Shown in pieces: positions 39,105 to 48,998 of a DNA stretch of 64,000 bases. Position numbers and translations under genes: made by a program. How positions within the stretch are numbered: position 1 is the stretch's first letter; every line of letters starts with the position of its first letter. The notes below the pieces were generated by a model. It ran no database searches. It was not told the origin of the DNA and saw nothing but the letters and a program-made list of their open reading frames with translations. Origin of the DNA: Candidatus Kapaibacterium sp. (GTDB lineage: Bacteria > Bacteroidota > Ignavibacteria > Kapaibacteriales > UBA2268); contig OY762428.1 of assembly GCA_963665665.1 (NCBI GenBank), forward strand, positions 992,001-1,056,000. The letters run 5' to 3'.

Positions 39105-39982
39105 TCAAATAAGCTTCGATATATCGATATCGAGGCTTTTTGCGTTTTAGTAGATATTATAGTCTCTCGCCCCGTGTCTTACGCACGATCGGGAGTTCGA
39201 CTCTCTCCTCGCCCACAAGAAAACCTCAGTATTTTTATGCTGAGGTTTTTTTATTTTCTCGCGCCCCGTGTCTTAACGCACGATCGGGAGTTCGACTCTC
39301 GCCTCGCCCACAAGAAAAACCTCTGAAACGGGGTTTTGTTTTTTGAAACAGGATTTGGACTGATGATAGGTTCGTGGGTTTTGTGGTCTCTTGCCCCGTG
39401 TCTTACGCACGATCGGGAGTTCGACTCTCTCCTCGCGCACAAGAAAACCTCAGTATTTTTATATGCTGAGGTTTTTTTATTTTCTCTCGCCCCGTGTCTT
39501 AACGCACGGTCGGGTGTTCGACTCTCTCCTCGCCCACAAGAAACCTCAGTGATTCATTTGCCGGGGTTTTGTTTTTTGAAAAAGGATTTGGACTGATGAT
39601 AGGTTCGTGGGTTTTGTGGTCTCGCGCCCCGTGTCTTAACGCACGATCGGGAGTTCGACTCTCGCCTCGCCCACAAGTAAAGAGATATTCTTAATTGAAT
39701 ATCTCTTTTTCTTTTATATAGCAGCTTGATTTTTTTCATCTTATACAATTAGTGATCTCTCGCCCCGTGTCTTAACGCACGATCGGGAGTTCGACTCTCG
39801 CCTCGCCCAGCAAAAATAAGTGAATAAAATTTATCACTTCTAAATTCAAAATGCGATTAAAATATTTACATAATCCCAAGAAAGGTTATTATCGATTTTT
39901 CAGAAATAAAGTTAGAATCTTTATTATTGAATAAATTTTTTGTATATTATTATTTAATGTTTTATCAAATGGAGGAAAGCCC

Positions 39983-40402
39983 ATGAGAGACTTTATTGGC
40001 ATTAGCCGAAAGGAATTAACAGTTTATTTCATTGTTGTAATTGCTTTAGCGATAATTCCACTATTTATTGTTATGAACTACAGTTTTTTTATTGATGATT
40101 ATGGCAAACCAAACATGGTACTAATTGGCTTTTACGATTTTTTTGCAGTATTGGGTAGCCTGCAGCTTTTTGGAATTCGTATCGCCAGCCTTGTGATATT
40201 AATAATAGCCGAAAGAAGGTTGGAAAATCCAAACTACTGGTGGGCAGCAGCCGGGTTAGTATTTGGTTTTATTGCAGTAATTGCATATATGGCCTGGTTT
40301 GTTATCAACCGCCTGAATATTATCTCCAACCCAGAGGACAACAATCAAAGTTTAATTGAAAATATTAAAAATTTTGTTAGAAAGGTAAGATCATGGACCT
40401 GA
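39983..40402 (+). CDS. Hypothetical membrane protein (paralog of next gene)
   Basis: GGAGG RBS; several hydrophobic helices. Confidence 0.7.
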   Translation: MRDFIGISRKELTVYFIVVIALAIIPLFIVMNYSFFIDDYGKPNMVLIGFYDFFAVLGSLQLFGIRIASLVILIIAERRLENPNYWWAAAGLVFGFIAVIAYMAWFVINRLNIISNPEDNNQSLIENIKNFVRKVRSWT

Positions 40403-40746
40403 CAAAAAAAGAAATAATGATATACGCTATAATTGTTATTATTTGTACCGCTCTTCCACAAATAATAATGTATTATCCGACAATATTTATGCTGACACAC
40501 AGCACTGGCGAACCTATGAACCATAATATCATAAATTTATATTCCCCGGTAAAATGGACTTGTATGCTGCTGCTTCATCTGTCATCTGCTGTTTTAATTG
40601 TCCTTGCAGAAAAAAGAAAAGGCGGCAAAGTTTCTGCAATTGCTGTTCTGCTTGGGCTTTTCCTGAACTTTCCAGGCTTTATAGCTTATATGATCTGGCA
40701 GGTAATTGATAGAAAAAAACTATTTCTGGATGATATGGAAGCATGA
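40393..40746 (+). CDS. Hypothetical membrane protein
   Basis: Overlaps the previous stop; hydrophobic helices; shares KE...Y.I..I, AE.R and IAYM.W.VI.R motifs with it. Confidence 0.7.
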   Translation: MDLTKKEIMIYAIIVIICTALPQIIMYYPTIFMLTHSTGEPMNHNIINLYSPVKWTCMLLLHLSSAVLIVLAEKRKGGKVSAIAVLLGLFLNFPGFIAYMIWQVIDRKKLFLDDMEA

Positions 40747-40963
40747 AAATGCGATACAATATAATTTTTGTTATTAATCAATATTTGTATTGACTTGATT
40801 ACAGATCAAAACAATTGTAAAGTGCATTTTTATGACATATCAATTTGAATTGGAATAAAATTCAATCAATTTATTTATAATATTTCTTTCCATTTTTCAA
40901 AATAATTGATAATTTGGTAAGATGTAATCGGGGGTAAATTACCAAAATATACCGGGAAAAATC

Positions 40964-42781
40964 ATGAGAATTGTTCATTTAGTTTTGATTATCACTATCC
41001 TATCATTCTTTTCATGCCAATATGAGCCAACCGGAGTTAACCATCTTGAAGTGGATTCTGAAGCTACGACTCCTGTGATGACGATTGATTTCGATGGAAA
41101 CAATGACACATTAATTATAGACGGGCCTACTTATCTGCGTTTTAAATATTCTACCGGAGATAAGAACCTGAATTTTGCTTATACTTTTATTGACAGCAAT
41201 GAAATTAATTCAAAGCTTATTGACGATGATTACATCGAATGTTATTTAGCTCCACAAAATATCGGATCCGGGTCTTACGAATTTACTGTATTGCTGTTCT
41301 CAAATTCTCAGACAGGCAGCATTGCTGACCTTTTAAAACTCGAAGGATTTTTATTTGCCAGAACATGGACACTCATCGTTATTAACAAATCCGACATGAC
41401 TCCTGAAATTACCGGCTATGAAATTGAAAACGGATTACTTAAACTCAATTTCAACCAAAGCAATCCGGAACTAATATCCGAATATATACTTAATAAAAGA
41501 TTATGGTATGTTGAAAGCAGAGCAGTCGCAACAGAAACGGACCCGGAAAAAAGATTCATTTTCGATGACTCTTATGTTGGGGAAAAGGCTACTTATGTGC
41601 TCATTTCAAAAACAGTTTTCGGCTATGAACTGGAATCTAAAATATTCTCTATAAATAATAATTTACCGAGTGTTACAACGGAAAACTATTCTTCTTTTGA
41701 TGAAATTCATTATCAATGGGAAAAATGTCCATACTACAACGCATTTGAAGCATATAAAATCACTCTTCCCGGTGGTGAAGAAAAAATTATAAACGATATT
41801 GATCAGACCAGCGGGGTTTTTAACTCTATATTTGGTAAAAATGTAAGGTTTAACATCACTTTGATACCAAAGAACAAGCCGGATAATTTCGAAGAAATAT
41901 CAGACAGATATACCGTTGAAACCTATTTGTCTCCTGGTGAAACTCTCCCTCATTCGGGTATTCCATTCAGAATCGGAAATAAACTTTATATCCCACAAAG
42001 TTATAGCTGGATTAAGTATGATCCTGTAAGGAATATTTCATCATCAACAATTTGTTTCCCATCCGGACAAATAAGTTGTTCCTATACACAGAACGGAAAA
42101 TATGCTTTTATTGGGTACGCTCACGACCATCAGTTAATATTTTTCGAACCGGAAACAGCTGTATCAATGAATCCTATCAAAACTGAAAGCCTTGTAGGTG
42201 AAGAAATATTTATCTTGGAATCTGTTTTGTCTGACAATGGAATTGCAGGTTTCGGTCATTCAGATGGTGATCTGTATTTGTATGATTTTCCTAATAATAA
42301 GTTCATTGGAACAGTTGATATTGAATATGATATCAGGGGACTTGCAATATCTTCCGGAGGGAAATATTTACTTGTTGAAGATTTTGCAAGAACAAGATTA
42401 TTCGATATAGGTGATGATATAGTTGAGTCAGACAGATTGCAGGAAATAAAAAGCGGAACTTTTGACGAAATGCAATTCCTGACAACCGATCCGGATCTAT
42501 TTATATTTAAAGAATATGGAAAATTTAGAATTATTAATGCTAAAACTGCCGAGGAGGTTTCTTCTTTTGAAGTTGATAATAATGAAGATATTGTTTATTA
42601 CGACCTGATTAATAACAGATTAGTAACAAACGACCGTAATTATATACGAATATATAACTTTCTGACCGGCGAACAGATTTCAGATGATATCCCTCATGAT
42701 CTCAGATATGACCAAAACGGCTGTGTGCTGATCGGTGATTATCTATATGTTGAAGGCGGAAAAAGAGTGAAGGTGTTTTAA
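40964..42781 (+). CDS. Hypothetical lipoprotein with beta-sandwich and C-terminal beta-propeller-like region
   Basis: Lipobox FFSC; GSIADLL..EG motif; ISSGGKYLLV-type blades. Confidence 0.65.
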   Translation: MRIVHLVLIITILSFFSCQYEPTGVNHLEVDSEATTPVMTIDFDGNNDTLIIDGPTYLRFKYSTGDKNLNFAYTFIDSNEINSKLIDDDYIECYLAPQNIGSGSYEFTVLLFSNSQTGSIADLLKLEGFLFARTWTLIVINKSDMTPEITGYEIENGLLKLNFNQSNPELISEYILNKRLWYVESRAVATETDPEKRFIFDDSYVGEKATYVLISKTVFGYELESKIFSINNNLPSVTTENYSSFDEIHYQWEKCPYYNAFEAYKITLPGGEEKIINDIDQTSGVFNSIFGKNVRFNITLIPKNKPDNFEEISDRYTVETYLSPGETLPHSGIPFRIGNKLYIPQSYSWIKYDPVRNISSSTICFPSGQISCSYTQNGKYAFIGYAHDHQLIFFEPETAVSMNPIKTESLVGEEIFILESVLSDNGIAGFGHSDGDLYLYDFPNNKFIGTVDIEYDIRGLAISSGGKYLLVEDFARTRLFDIGDDIVESDRLQEIKSGTFDEMQFLTTDPDLFIFKEYGKFRIINAKTAEEVSSFEVDNNEDIVYYDLINNRLVTNDRNYIRIYNFLTGEQISDDIPHDLRYDQNGCVLIGDYLYVEGGKRVKVF

Positions 42782-42782
42782 A

Positions 42783-43520
42783 ATGAAAAAATTAATTACA
42801 ACATTGCTGTTTATCTGTTTAGGTATTGTTGAAATGCATTCCCAGATAAGCATAAGTTTGCAAACAGGATATAATACGGTTGAAAAACCAAATCTGAATG
42901 AATTGAACCAGTCCTTACTGGAAGCACTTCCCTTTCAGGCAGGAATTGTTGATGATTTTCCTGATTATGTTTACTTCCAGGGAGCTTTTCTGATTTACCT
43001 TCAGAATTTTGATTGGGGTATTAATATGGCATATACATCAACCGGATCCAGAATCAGTTATGAGGATTACTCAGGAAATTACACACAGGACAATTTTGTT
43101 TCGGCCTTCAATATTGGTTTTTTAATTCAAAAGAGATTTAGATTATCCGGTAAGCACCAGGGAATAATATTTCTTGAAGGAGGATCGGTCATATCATTTC
43201 TAACAATAGAAGAGAACATCCTGATAGGGGAAGTAAACGAGAATTACAAATATGATTTTGAAAATACATCTTTTTATATCTCTCCGGGTATTAAATACCA
43301 ATACCCGGTTTATGACTTCCTACGTGTTGGATTAAGCCTGTCATATTTCTTAGATTTGAACAAGGAATATCATTTAAAAAACAATGACAATGCCATATTA
43401 ACATTAGAAAATAGCGGAACAAAAGTAAAAAGCAACTGGGATGGAATAAGATTTGGCATTTTGGCTGAGTTTTATATCAAGTCCATTTTCAAAATCGAAG
43501 AACCAGAGTACGGTATATAG
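42783..43520 (+). CDS. Hypothetical outer-membrane beta-barrel protein
   Basis: Signal peptide; alternating beta-strand pattern; STGSRISYEDYSG and NWDGIRFGI motifs. Confidence 0.6.
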   Translation: MKKLITTLLFICLGIVEMHSQISISLQTGYNTVEKPNLNELNQSLLEALPFQAGIVDDFPDYVYFQGAFLIYLQNFDWGINMAYTSTGSRISYEDYSGNYTQDNFVSAFNIGFLIQKRFRLSGKHQGIIFLEGGSVISFLTIEENILIGEVNENYKYDFENTSFYISPGIKYQYPVYDFLRVGLSLSYFLDLNKEYHLKNNDNAILTLENSGTKVKSNWDGIRFGILAEFYIKSIFKIEEPEYGI

Positions 43521-43597
43521 TTTTTAAACACTTACTGATTGGCTACTACTAAGCAGAAATGGAAAATATGTCAGATGTTAAAAAAATACCAAAAAAA

Positions 43598-43668
43598 TGT
43601 CACTTTGACCGCAGCGAAAAAACCTAATCAGCATGAATAGTGGATTATTCACTTCTTTCAAAATGACA
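43598..43668. repeat. Decayed GTCATTCTGA-type REP
   Basis: TGTCACTTTGA..GCAGCGAA...GGATTATTCAC..TCAAAATGACA resembles 4079-4170. Confidence 0.45.
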
Positions 43669-43733
43669 ATTCACAAGAATTCAGAACAAAGAGTCTTCTC
43701 GTAAATTAAGAATAAAAAAAAATTTCAAAAAAT

Positions 43734-45458
43734 TTAATCCAGCAACCCAATCTTAATAGATACACGGCGTTTGAATTCATTGTCGCGGGTTTCGCGGGTA
43801 TCTACTCCCATGCCTTCCACTTCCCATACAATATGGTCTTTTACAATCTGGTAGTCGGCGCGCTTTTCAAGTCGGCTCATCAGGAAACGGGCAGTAAAAT
43901 ATGCACGCAATTCTGATAAAACGATATTATCAACCTTTGCACCCCTCTCCACAACAAGGCCTGTGGCGGGATCGTCGATACCCGGGCCGCTGTACCTGGC
44001 AGCCGGGGATATCGGCCTTGGATCGGCAAATCCCCTAATGGTTATACCGAGTTTATCGCCAGAATCGGCGCATTTACCGCCGAAATAATCAAGCCTTTCC
44101 AGGATAAAATTCACAGCGTCTGCAAGAGCTTCGTCAACAACTTTGGCAAAGCCGTCATATTCCTCGCCCGGCCTTTCGATATACGAAGTGGAATCTGCAC
44201 TGCCAACCAGGTTGTATGCAAATTTCAGCCTCAGGTCCTGCAGGTTATCAGTTGTATTAGGCAGGTAATATCCAGACACAAAGAACGGCACATTATACTG
44301 CTCGAACGAAAACTCATTTTGCAATTCCGGTATCCTGAAATTCACATTCATAACCACAACAGAAGTGTCCGAGCATGGTGCTTTTATAATCTGTACAGCT
44401 CTTGATTCCGGCAGACAGTGATTGGAATAAACTATCCTGTATGAATCTCCCGGCACGGCTGTGAAGTTAAAATTACCGAAAAACGTACTTTCACCCTCAA
44501 GTAGCAGGTTATCAGATTTATCAAAGACTTTATAATCACCGGTAAGCATCATTCCCGATGGAGGTTCTTGCAGCTTGCAGCGCACAATTACCGGTCCGCA
44601 AAGTTCCATGGAGTATATATCGAATCCACCACAGCCCTCGTTCCTGTCGGAACTGAAATATATCATTTTCTCGGTCACAAGGGGGTATTTCTCATCACTG
44701 TCGCTGTTTATCGGGAATGTCAGAACCATCGATTCTTCAGGATCCATAAAATTCCTTGCTTTTAGCAGGTCGAAGTCACCTTTATCGGTGAAACCGTTCG
44801 AGGAATAATATAGAACTCCGTTGCGGTCTATAAAGGGTGTCATCTCGTCGCCGGGCGAGTTTACCGATTCGCCAAGGTTTTTCGGCTCGGACCACTTGCC
44901 GGAAGACCTATTATAATGAGATATATACAGGTCGGTTCCGCCAAAGCCGTCCGGCCTTTCGCTGGTAAATACAATATGGGCGCCGTCGGGAGATATTGCC
45001 GGATGAGACTCATACCCAGGCGAATTGATTCCGCTAAGAGGAATAAGCGAGTTGCCGGAAATTTCGAACAGGTCGCTGTGCATCTGTCTGCCCTGCCGAA
45101 CAATCGAAGCGGCATATTTTTTTACATCGTCTCCGGAATTTAAAACCGAACCTATCACGACGCTGCTTCCTTCCACCGGAACCATCGAATTTTCCGGTAT
45201 GGCATTTGAATTGCCATCAGCAAAGAATTTAACTGAATAATATTCGAAATTTCTTTCTTCCATCCTGTCCGACGCAAAAACAAGTTTATTTCCAATCATA
45301 ATCGGTGCAATTTCATCAGCCGGAGAATTCACGGCCTCGCCAAGATTACCGTTGGTGGTATGTTCAGGGCACACCCCCGGCTGCGTTGTTTTGCATGAGG
45401 ATAAAATAATTGTGAGTATGAATATGGCGGCAAATCCGTTTGCGATAAAATTCTTCAT
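43734..45458 (-). CDS. PD40 (TolB-like) repeat lipoprotein with OmpA-like C-terminal region
   Basis: Lipobox LSSC; INSPGYESHPAISPDG, FTSERPDGFGGTDLY; C-terminal GFAD, N..LSELRA, RRV. Confidence 0.7.
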   Translation of the reverse strand: MKNFIANGFAAIFILTIILSSCKTTQPGVCPEHTTNGNLGEAVNSPADEIAPIMIGNKLVFASDRMEERNFEYYSVKFFADGNSNAIPENSMVPVEGSSVVIGSVLNSGDDVKKYAASIVRQGRQMHSDLFEISGNSLIPLSGINSPGYESHPAISPDGAHIVFTSERPDGFGGTDLYISHYNRSSGKWSEPKNLGESVNSPGDEMTPFIDRNGVLYYSSNGFTDKGDFDLLKARNFMDPEESMVLTFPINSDSDEKYPLVTEKMIYFSSDRNEGCGGFDIYSMELCGPVIVRCKLQEPPSGMMLTGDYKVFDKSDNLLLEGESTFFGNFNFTAVPGDSYRIVYSNHCLPESRAVQIIKAPCSDTSVVVMNVNFRIPELQNEFSFEQYNVPFFVSGYYLPNTTDNLQDLRLKFAYNLVGSADSTSYIERPGEEYDGFAKVVDEALADAVNFILERLDYFGGKCADSGDKLGITIRGFADPRPISPAARYSGPGIDDPATGLVVERGAKVDNIVLSELRAYFTARFLMSRLEKRADYQIVKDHIVWEVEGMGVDTRETRDNEFKRRVSIKIGLLD

Positions 45459-45603
45459 CCTTCAATTCCTGTTCTAGAAAAAAAATTTTAAATTAAAATA
45501 TAAAAAAAATCAATCAGTTCCATACATTTGTAATAATAATAATGTCAGTTTCCGAAAAAACCGGATTTTTTTGATTTATCGGCAGTAAGAGGTAGAAACT
45601 TAA

Positions 45604-46782
45604 ATGAGAGCAACCAGAGCTTTGGTAAACCTGAACAATTTGAAGCACAACCTGGAACAGATTAAAGCAACAGCCCCCGGCAAAAAAATAATTGGTGTGG
45701 TTAAAGCCAATGCTTACGGCCACGGAATTATTGAAATTTCCAGGTTCCTGGAAAAACAGGACGTGGACTTTCTCGGAGTGGGCTACCCCGAAGAAGGGAT
45801 AAAACTTCGCAAAGCCGGGATAACCAAGCCGATTATCGTTCTGGTGGCTGCTCAAAAGGAATCTGCCTACCTTTTCGTTAAATACAATCTGGAAGCGGTA
45901 ATATCCAATTTATCATTCCTGGAATCGATAAATGAGAAAGCCGCCAAATACGGAATAATTATCAGGGCGCACCTGTTTATCAATACAGGTATGAACCGCG
46001 AAGGTATTCAACCGGACCAAGCCCATGAATTCATGAAAAAAGCGGAAAAGCTTAAAAACATTAATCTGGCCGGACTGACTACCCACCTTTCCACATCCGA
46101 CCTCAGGGACGACGATAATATCCGCGACCAGCTTAATATCTTCAATGATACACTGAACCGGCTGAAAAACTCCGGGCACAGTTTTGAATTTGTTCATACT
46201 GCCAACAGCGGAGCGGTTCTGAACTATAAAAACTCCCAGTTCAACACTATCAGGCCGGGGATTGCCATGTATGGTTATGATATATCAATCATCCCAAACC
46301 GGCACATCCCGCTTAAACCGGTAATGGAAATTCAAAGCAAAATTGCCCTGACAAGGGATGTTTCACCCGGAAATTACGTGGGCTATAGCCGCTCTTACGA
46401 AGCAAGAAAGGCGCTGAGAATAGCCGTGATACCGATCGGTTACGGCGACGGCTACCCGTATTCGCTCAGTCATAAGGCTGAATGCATTATCAAAGGCAGG
46501 CGCTGCCCGATAGTCGGCACGGTATGTATGGATCAGTTTATGGTTGATATTGGCGACGCTGATTTCCAGCCCGGAGACAAAGTAACAATTATCGGCCAGA
46601 ATGGTGATGAAGAAATAACAGTTTCGGAACTGGCTGCACGTGCCGGAACATTGAAATACGAGATACTCACATCCATTGCCGAGAGGATTCCCAGGGTCTA
46701 TATCAAACCCAAAATGACGAGGAAATTATCGCAAAACCTAGCCAATTCCGGAAAAGAAGCCCTTGAGCATACTGATTATTGA
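45604..46782 (+). CDS. alr: Alanine racemase
   Basis: VVKANAYGHG, HTANSG, IRPGIAMYG, VGY, IGYGDGY, GTVCMDQ. Confidence 0.95.
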   Translation: MRATRALVNLNNLKHNLEQIKATAPGKKIIGVVKANAYGHGIIEISRFLEKQDVDFLGVGYPEEGIKLRKAGITKPIIVLVAAQKESAYLFVKYNLEAVISNLSFLESINEKAAKYGIIIRAHLFINTGMNREGIQPDQAHEFMKKAEKLKNINLAGLTTHLSTSDLRDDDNIRDQLNIFNDTLNRLKNSGHSFEFVHTANSGAVLNYKNSQFNTIRPGIAMYGYDISIIPNRHIPLKPVMEIQSKIALTRDVSPGNYVGYSRSYEARKALRIAVIPIGYGDGYPYSLSHKAECIIKGRRCPIVGTVCMDQFMVDIGDADFQPGDKVTIIGQNGDEEITVSELAARAGTLKYEILTSIAERIPRVYIKPKMTRKLSQNLANSGKEALEHTDY

Positions 46783-46822
46783 AATAGATAATGGGATTTT
46801 TTGAATTAGCTGATTGGGAATA

Positions 46823-48775
46823 TCACAATTTATAATTTACTGTCAGGAAGAAATTGGGGATTTCATCACTATCAATTCCATTGATATTTCTGAATTCATA
46901 CCATCCGTCAAAATCAATTCTCGTTCCGCTTTCAAAACTATACCTTAGCATAAATTCGGGACTGTATGATTTGTGGTCAAGCTGGCCGGAAATGTAAGTT
47001 CCGGGGATTTTTTTCAATTGATCCTGCTTTAATCCGTAGAACCTTACACCTATTCCTGTATTAAGATTGCCTCGAAGGTTGCTGTATATCAACATCAATT
47101 TTACAAACTGTTCAGTCTGGCTGCTTTGTGGTGTTTCAGCGAATTTATCCCAGTATAGAATTCCCCTCTCGTTATACCTCAGAATAATTCCGGAGCTCAA
47201 ACTATAATGCTTATCCAGCCTGAATGCCATAGAATCACGATAGGCAAACTGGCGGAAGCTGAAGCTGTTTATTCCGGGGCTGATATCCTCGAAATCATAT
47301 ACAGTATAATTTGCAAGAACTTCAAGTGAGGGATTAATCATCAGCCTGCCAATTCTGTATTCTATTTTCGGGTTAAACCTGAGTATCCTGTTAATATTGT
47401 TCAATGCACTTCTCTGTGCTTTAAGGAAAACAAGGTGAGTAAGCTGAAAATCAAATTGCAGGCTCATTCTCAGGAAAGGAGAAAATATCCTTGAATAATT
47501 TATCCCGGCCAGAATATTCAATTCATCCCTGTCGTCATAGTTTTGTTCACTCGGAGTGTCATATTGCAACAGCGACATGGAATAATCAAAATTTATACTA
47601 TCCTTTAGCCCGAGCGGAATGTTCAAAACAGAAAACAGCCTTGTTTTAAAAGCATTATTATCCCTTTGGTTTTCCCTGTTTCGCAGAATATCTTCCTCAT
47701 CTTCGGATATACCGTATTTGTTATTTATTGTATTTTCTTCAGTTCTTGAAAAAAAGTCCATTCCTATCTTTTGAAAACCAAATCCGTAATCAATATCAGT
47801 AGCAACAGAAAGATCCATATTGAATTCTTTTGATATTCTTTCAATACCTGATATACTAAGGACTTCGTAACTTTTATCATAAGCACGTGCAACCTTTTTG
47901 TCCGATACCGAAAGTTTAAATTCCGCAGGCAGGTTCAAGATATTTAGTCTCAGGTTCAGGTTGGTATTAAAATTATTTTCCAGCCGGTTTTCCACCGAAT
48001 ATAAATAATGGTCATCACCACCAAGTGCATTCAGAAAGTCCCTGCTCAATCGCCGGTATTTAAAATCCATTCCAATATAATTATTTCCCTCGTATGCCCT
48101 GCTGAAACCTGCAAAAACATCCATATCAGAATCTGTTCTGTCCGGTGAAATATTCTTATCCGGCTTCAGGGCAGTATATTCCTGCTTCGCTTTTGCAAAA
48201 ATGTTGTAATTATCAAAATTATAATTTTTCAGCAATCCTTCCATCAAATAAGTCCATCCACGCGCATTAACACCAATTTGGATATTTCTTTCCGGCCCTG
48301 CTAAGGCTTTGAAATACGAATTATCTAAAAATTTATACCCAAGGCCAAACTTACTATTCAGCTTATCCAGTTTGTTAATTCCGATATTTCTTGTATCTGA
48401 TGACAGAAGCCAATCCATAGTGGCATTCAGCCAAAGATAATCAGTAATGGGGTAGCGATATCCGATATTCATCAGCTCGTCATCCCTGAAAGAATTTGTT
48501 GATGTTTCTATTGCCGAGCCCCGGTAATTTTGATATAATGAAATTGAACCGTAGTCGGTTGATAACCAGAGATTCCCGAAACCCCTGAAAAAATATGTGT
48601 TAACAGATTTATCAACCCCAAACCGAATATCATTGACATCAACAGTATCTGTTACAACATCCGGGTATAGACTAATATCCTGTTGCGAAAACAAATATAC
48701 AGGAATAATCTGAAAGCAGGAGATAATCACTCCTGCAATAAGAATCATGAAAAACTTCTCAAAGCCTTTTGACAT
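46823..48775 (-). CDS. Hypothetical outer-membrane beta-barrel-like protein
   Basis: Signal peptide; aromatic/alternating strands; YDTPS..N.DDRDE motif. Confidence 0.6.
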   Translation of the reverse strand: MSKGFEKFFMILIAGVIISCFQIIPVYLFSQQDISLYPDVVTDTVDVNDIRFGVDKSVNTYFFRGFGNLWLSTDYGSISLYQNYRGSAIETSTNSFRDDELMNIGYRYPITDYLWLNATMDWLLSSDTRNIGINKLDKLNSKFGLGYKFLDNSYFKALAGPERNIQIGVNARGWTYLMEGLLKNYNFDNYNIFAKAKQEYTALKPDKNISPDRTDSDMDVFAGFSRAYEGNNYIGMDFKYRRLSRDFLNALGGDDHYLYSVENRLENNFNTNLNLRLNILNLPAEFKLSVSDKKVARAYDKSYEVLSISGIERISKEFNMDLSVATDIDYGFGFQKIGMDFFSRTEENTINNKYGISEDEEDILRNRENQRDNNAFKTRLFSVLNIPLGLKDSINFDYSMSLLQYDTPSEQNYDDRDELNILAGINYSRIFSPFLRMSLQFDFQLTHLVFLKAQRSALNNINRILRFNPKIEYRIGRLMINPSLEVLANYTVYDFEDISPGINSFSFRQFAYRDSMAFRLDKHYSLSSGIILRYNERGILYWDKFAETPQSSQTEQFVKLMLIYSNLRGNLNTGIGVRFYGLKQDQLKKIPGTYISGQLDHKSYSPEFMLRYSFESGTRIDFDGWYEFRNINGIDSDEIPNFFLTVNYKL

Positions 48776-48776
48776 T

Positions 48777-48998
48777 TCAGTCCCGGCCTGTTATTTCCGG
48801 CAATTTAGCAAACGCTTCTGTAAAGCATTTCCTTTTGAATGCCACAACCATTTCAGTTATTGCACCGGCACTTTCCCTTACAATTATTTTTTTCCCGCTT
48901 TTCAGGCTGACAGTAGTATCATGCGAGCTTTCAATAGTCTCTATCTCGTCAGCATTGATAGTAATGGGGCGCCCGTCAATTCTTGATAAATTAATCAT
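48777..48998 (-). CDS. flbD: Flagellar FlbD/SwrD family protein
   Basis: MINLSRIDG..I.INADEIETIE..HDT.V.L.SGKKIIVRES. Confidence 0.85.
   Translation of the reverse strand: MINLSRIDGRPITINADEIETIESSHDTTVSLKSGKKIIVRESAGAITEMVVAFKRKCFTEAFAKLPEITGRD

Larger units (their letters stand above)
38035..39809 (+). repeat. Array of 13 truncated tRNA-Val-derived units with terminator-like spacers
   Basis: Consensus GCCCCGTGTCTTA(A)CGCACGATCGGGAGTTCGACTCTC(T/G)CCTCGCCCA; units end at 38088, 38217, 38312, 38427, 38540, 38677, 38814, 39215, 39310, 39439, 39536, 39673 and 39809. Confidence 0.93.

Noticed and set aside
37656-39748. Short ORFs across the tRNA locus
   Set aside because: These are translations of tRNA genes and repeats on both strands, with no RBS or protein-family features.
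38035-39809. CRISPR array
   Set aside because: The repeats derive from tRNA-Val, the spacers are reused terminator-like cassettes rather than unique sequences, and no cas genes are present in the window.
38035-39809. Functional full tRNAs (e.g. Leu-TAA or suppressor) among the 13 units
   Set aside because: They have no 5' acceptor strand or D-stem and non-canonical loop sizes, so they cannot form a cloverleaf in cis.
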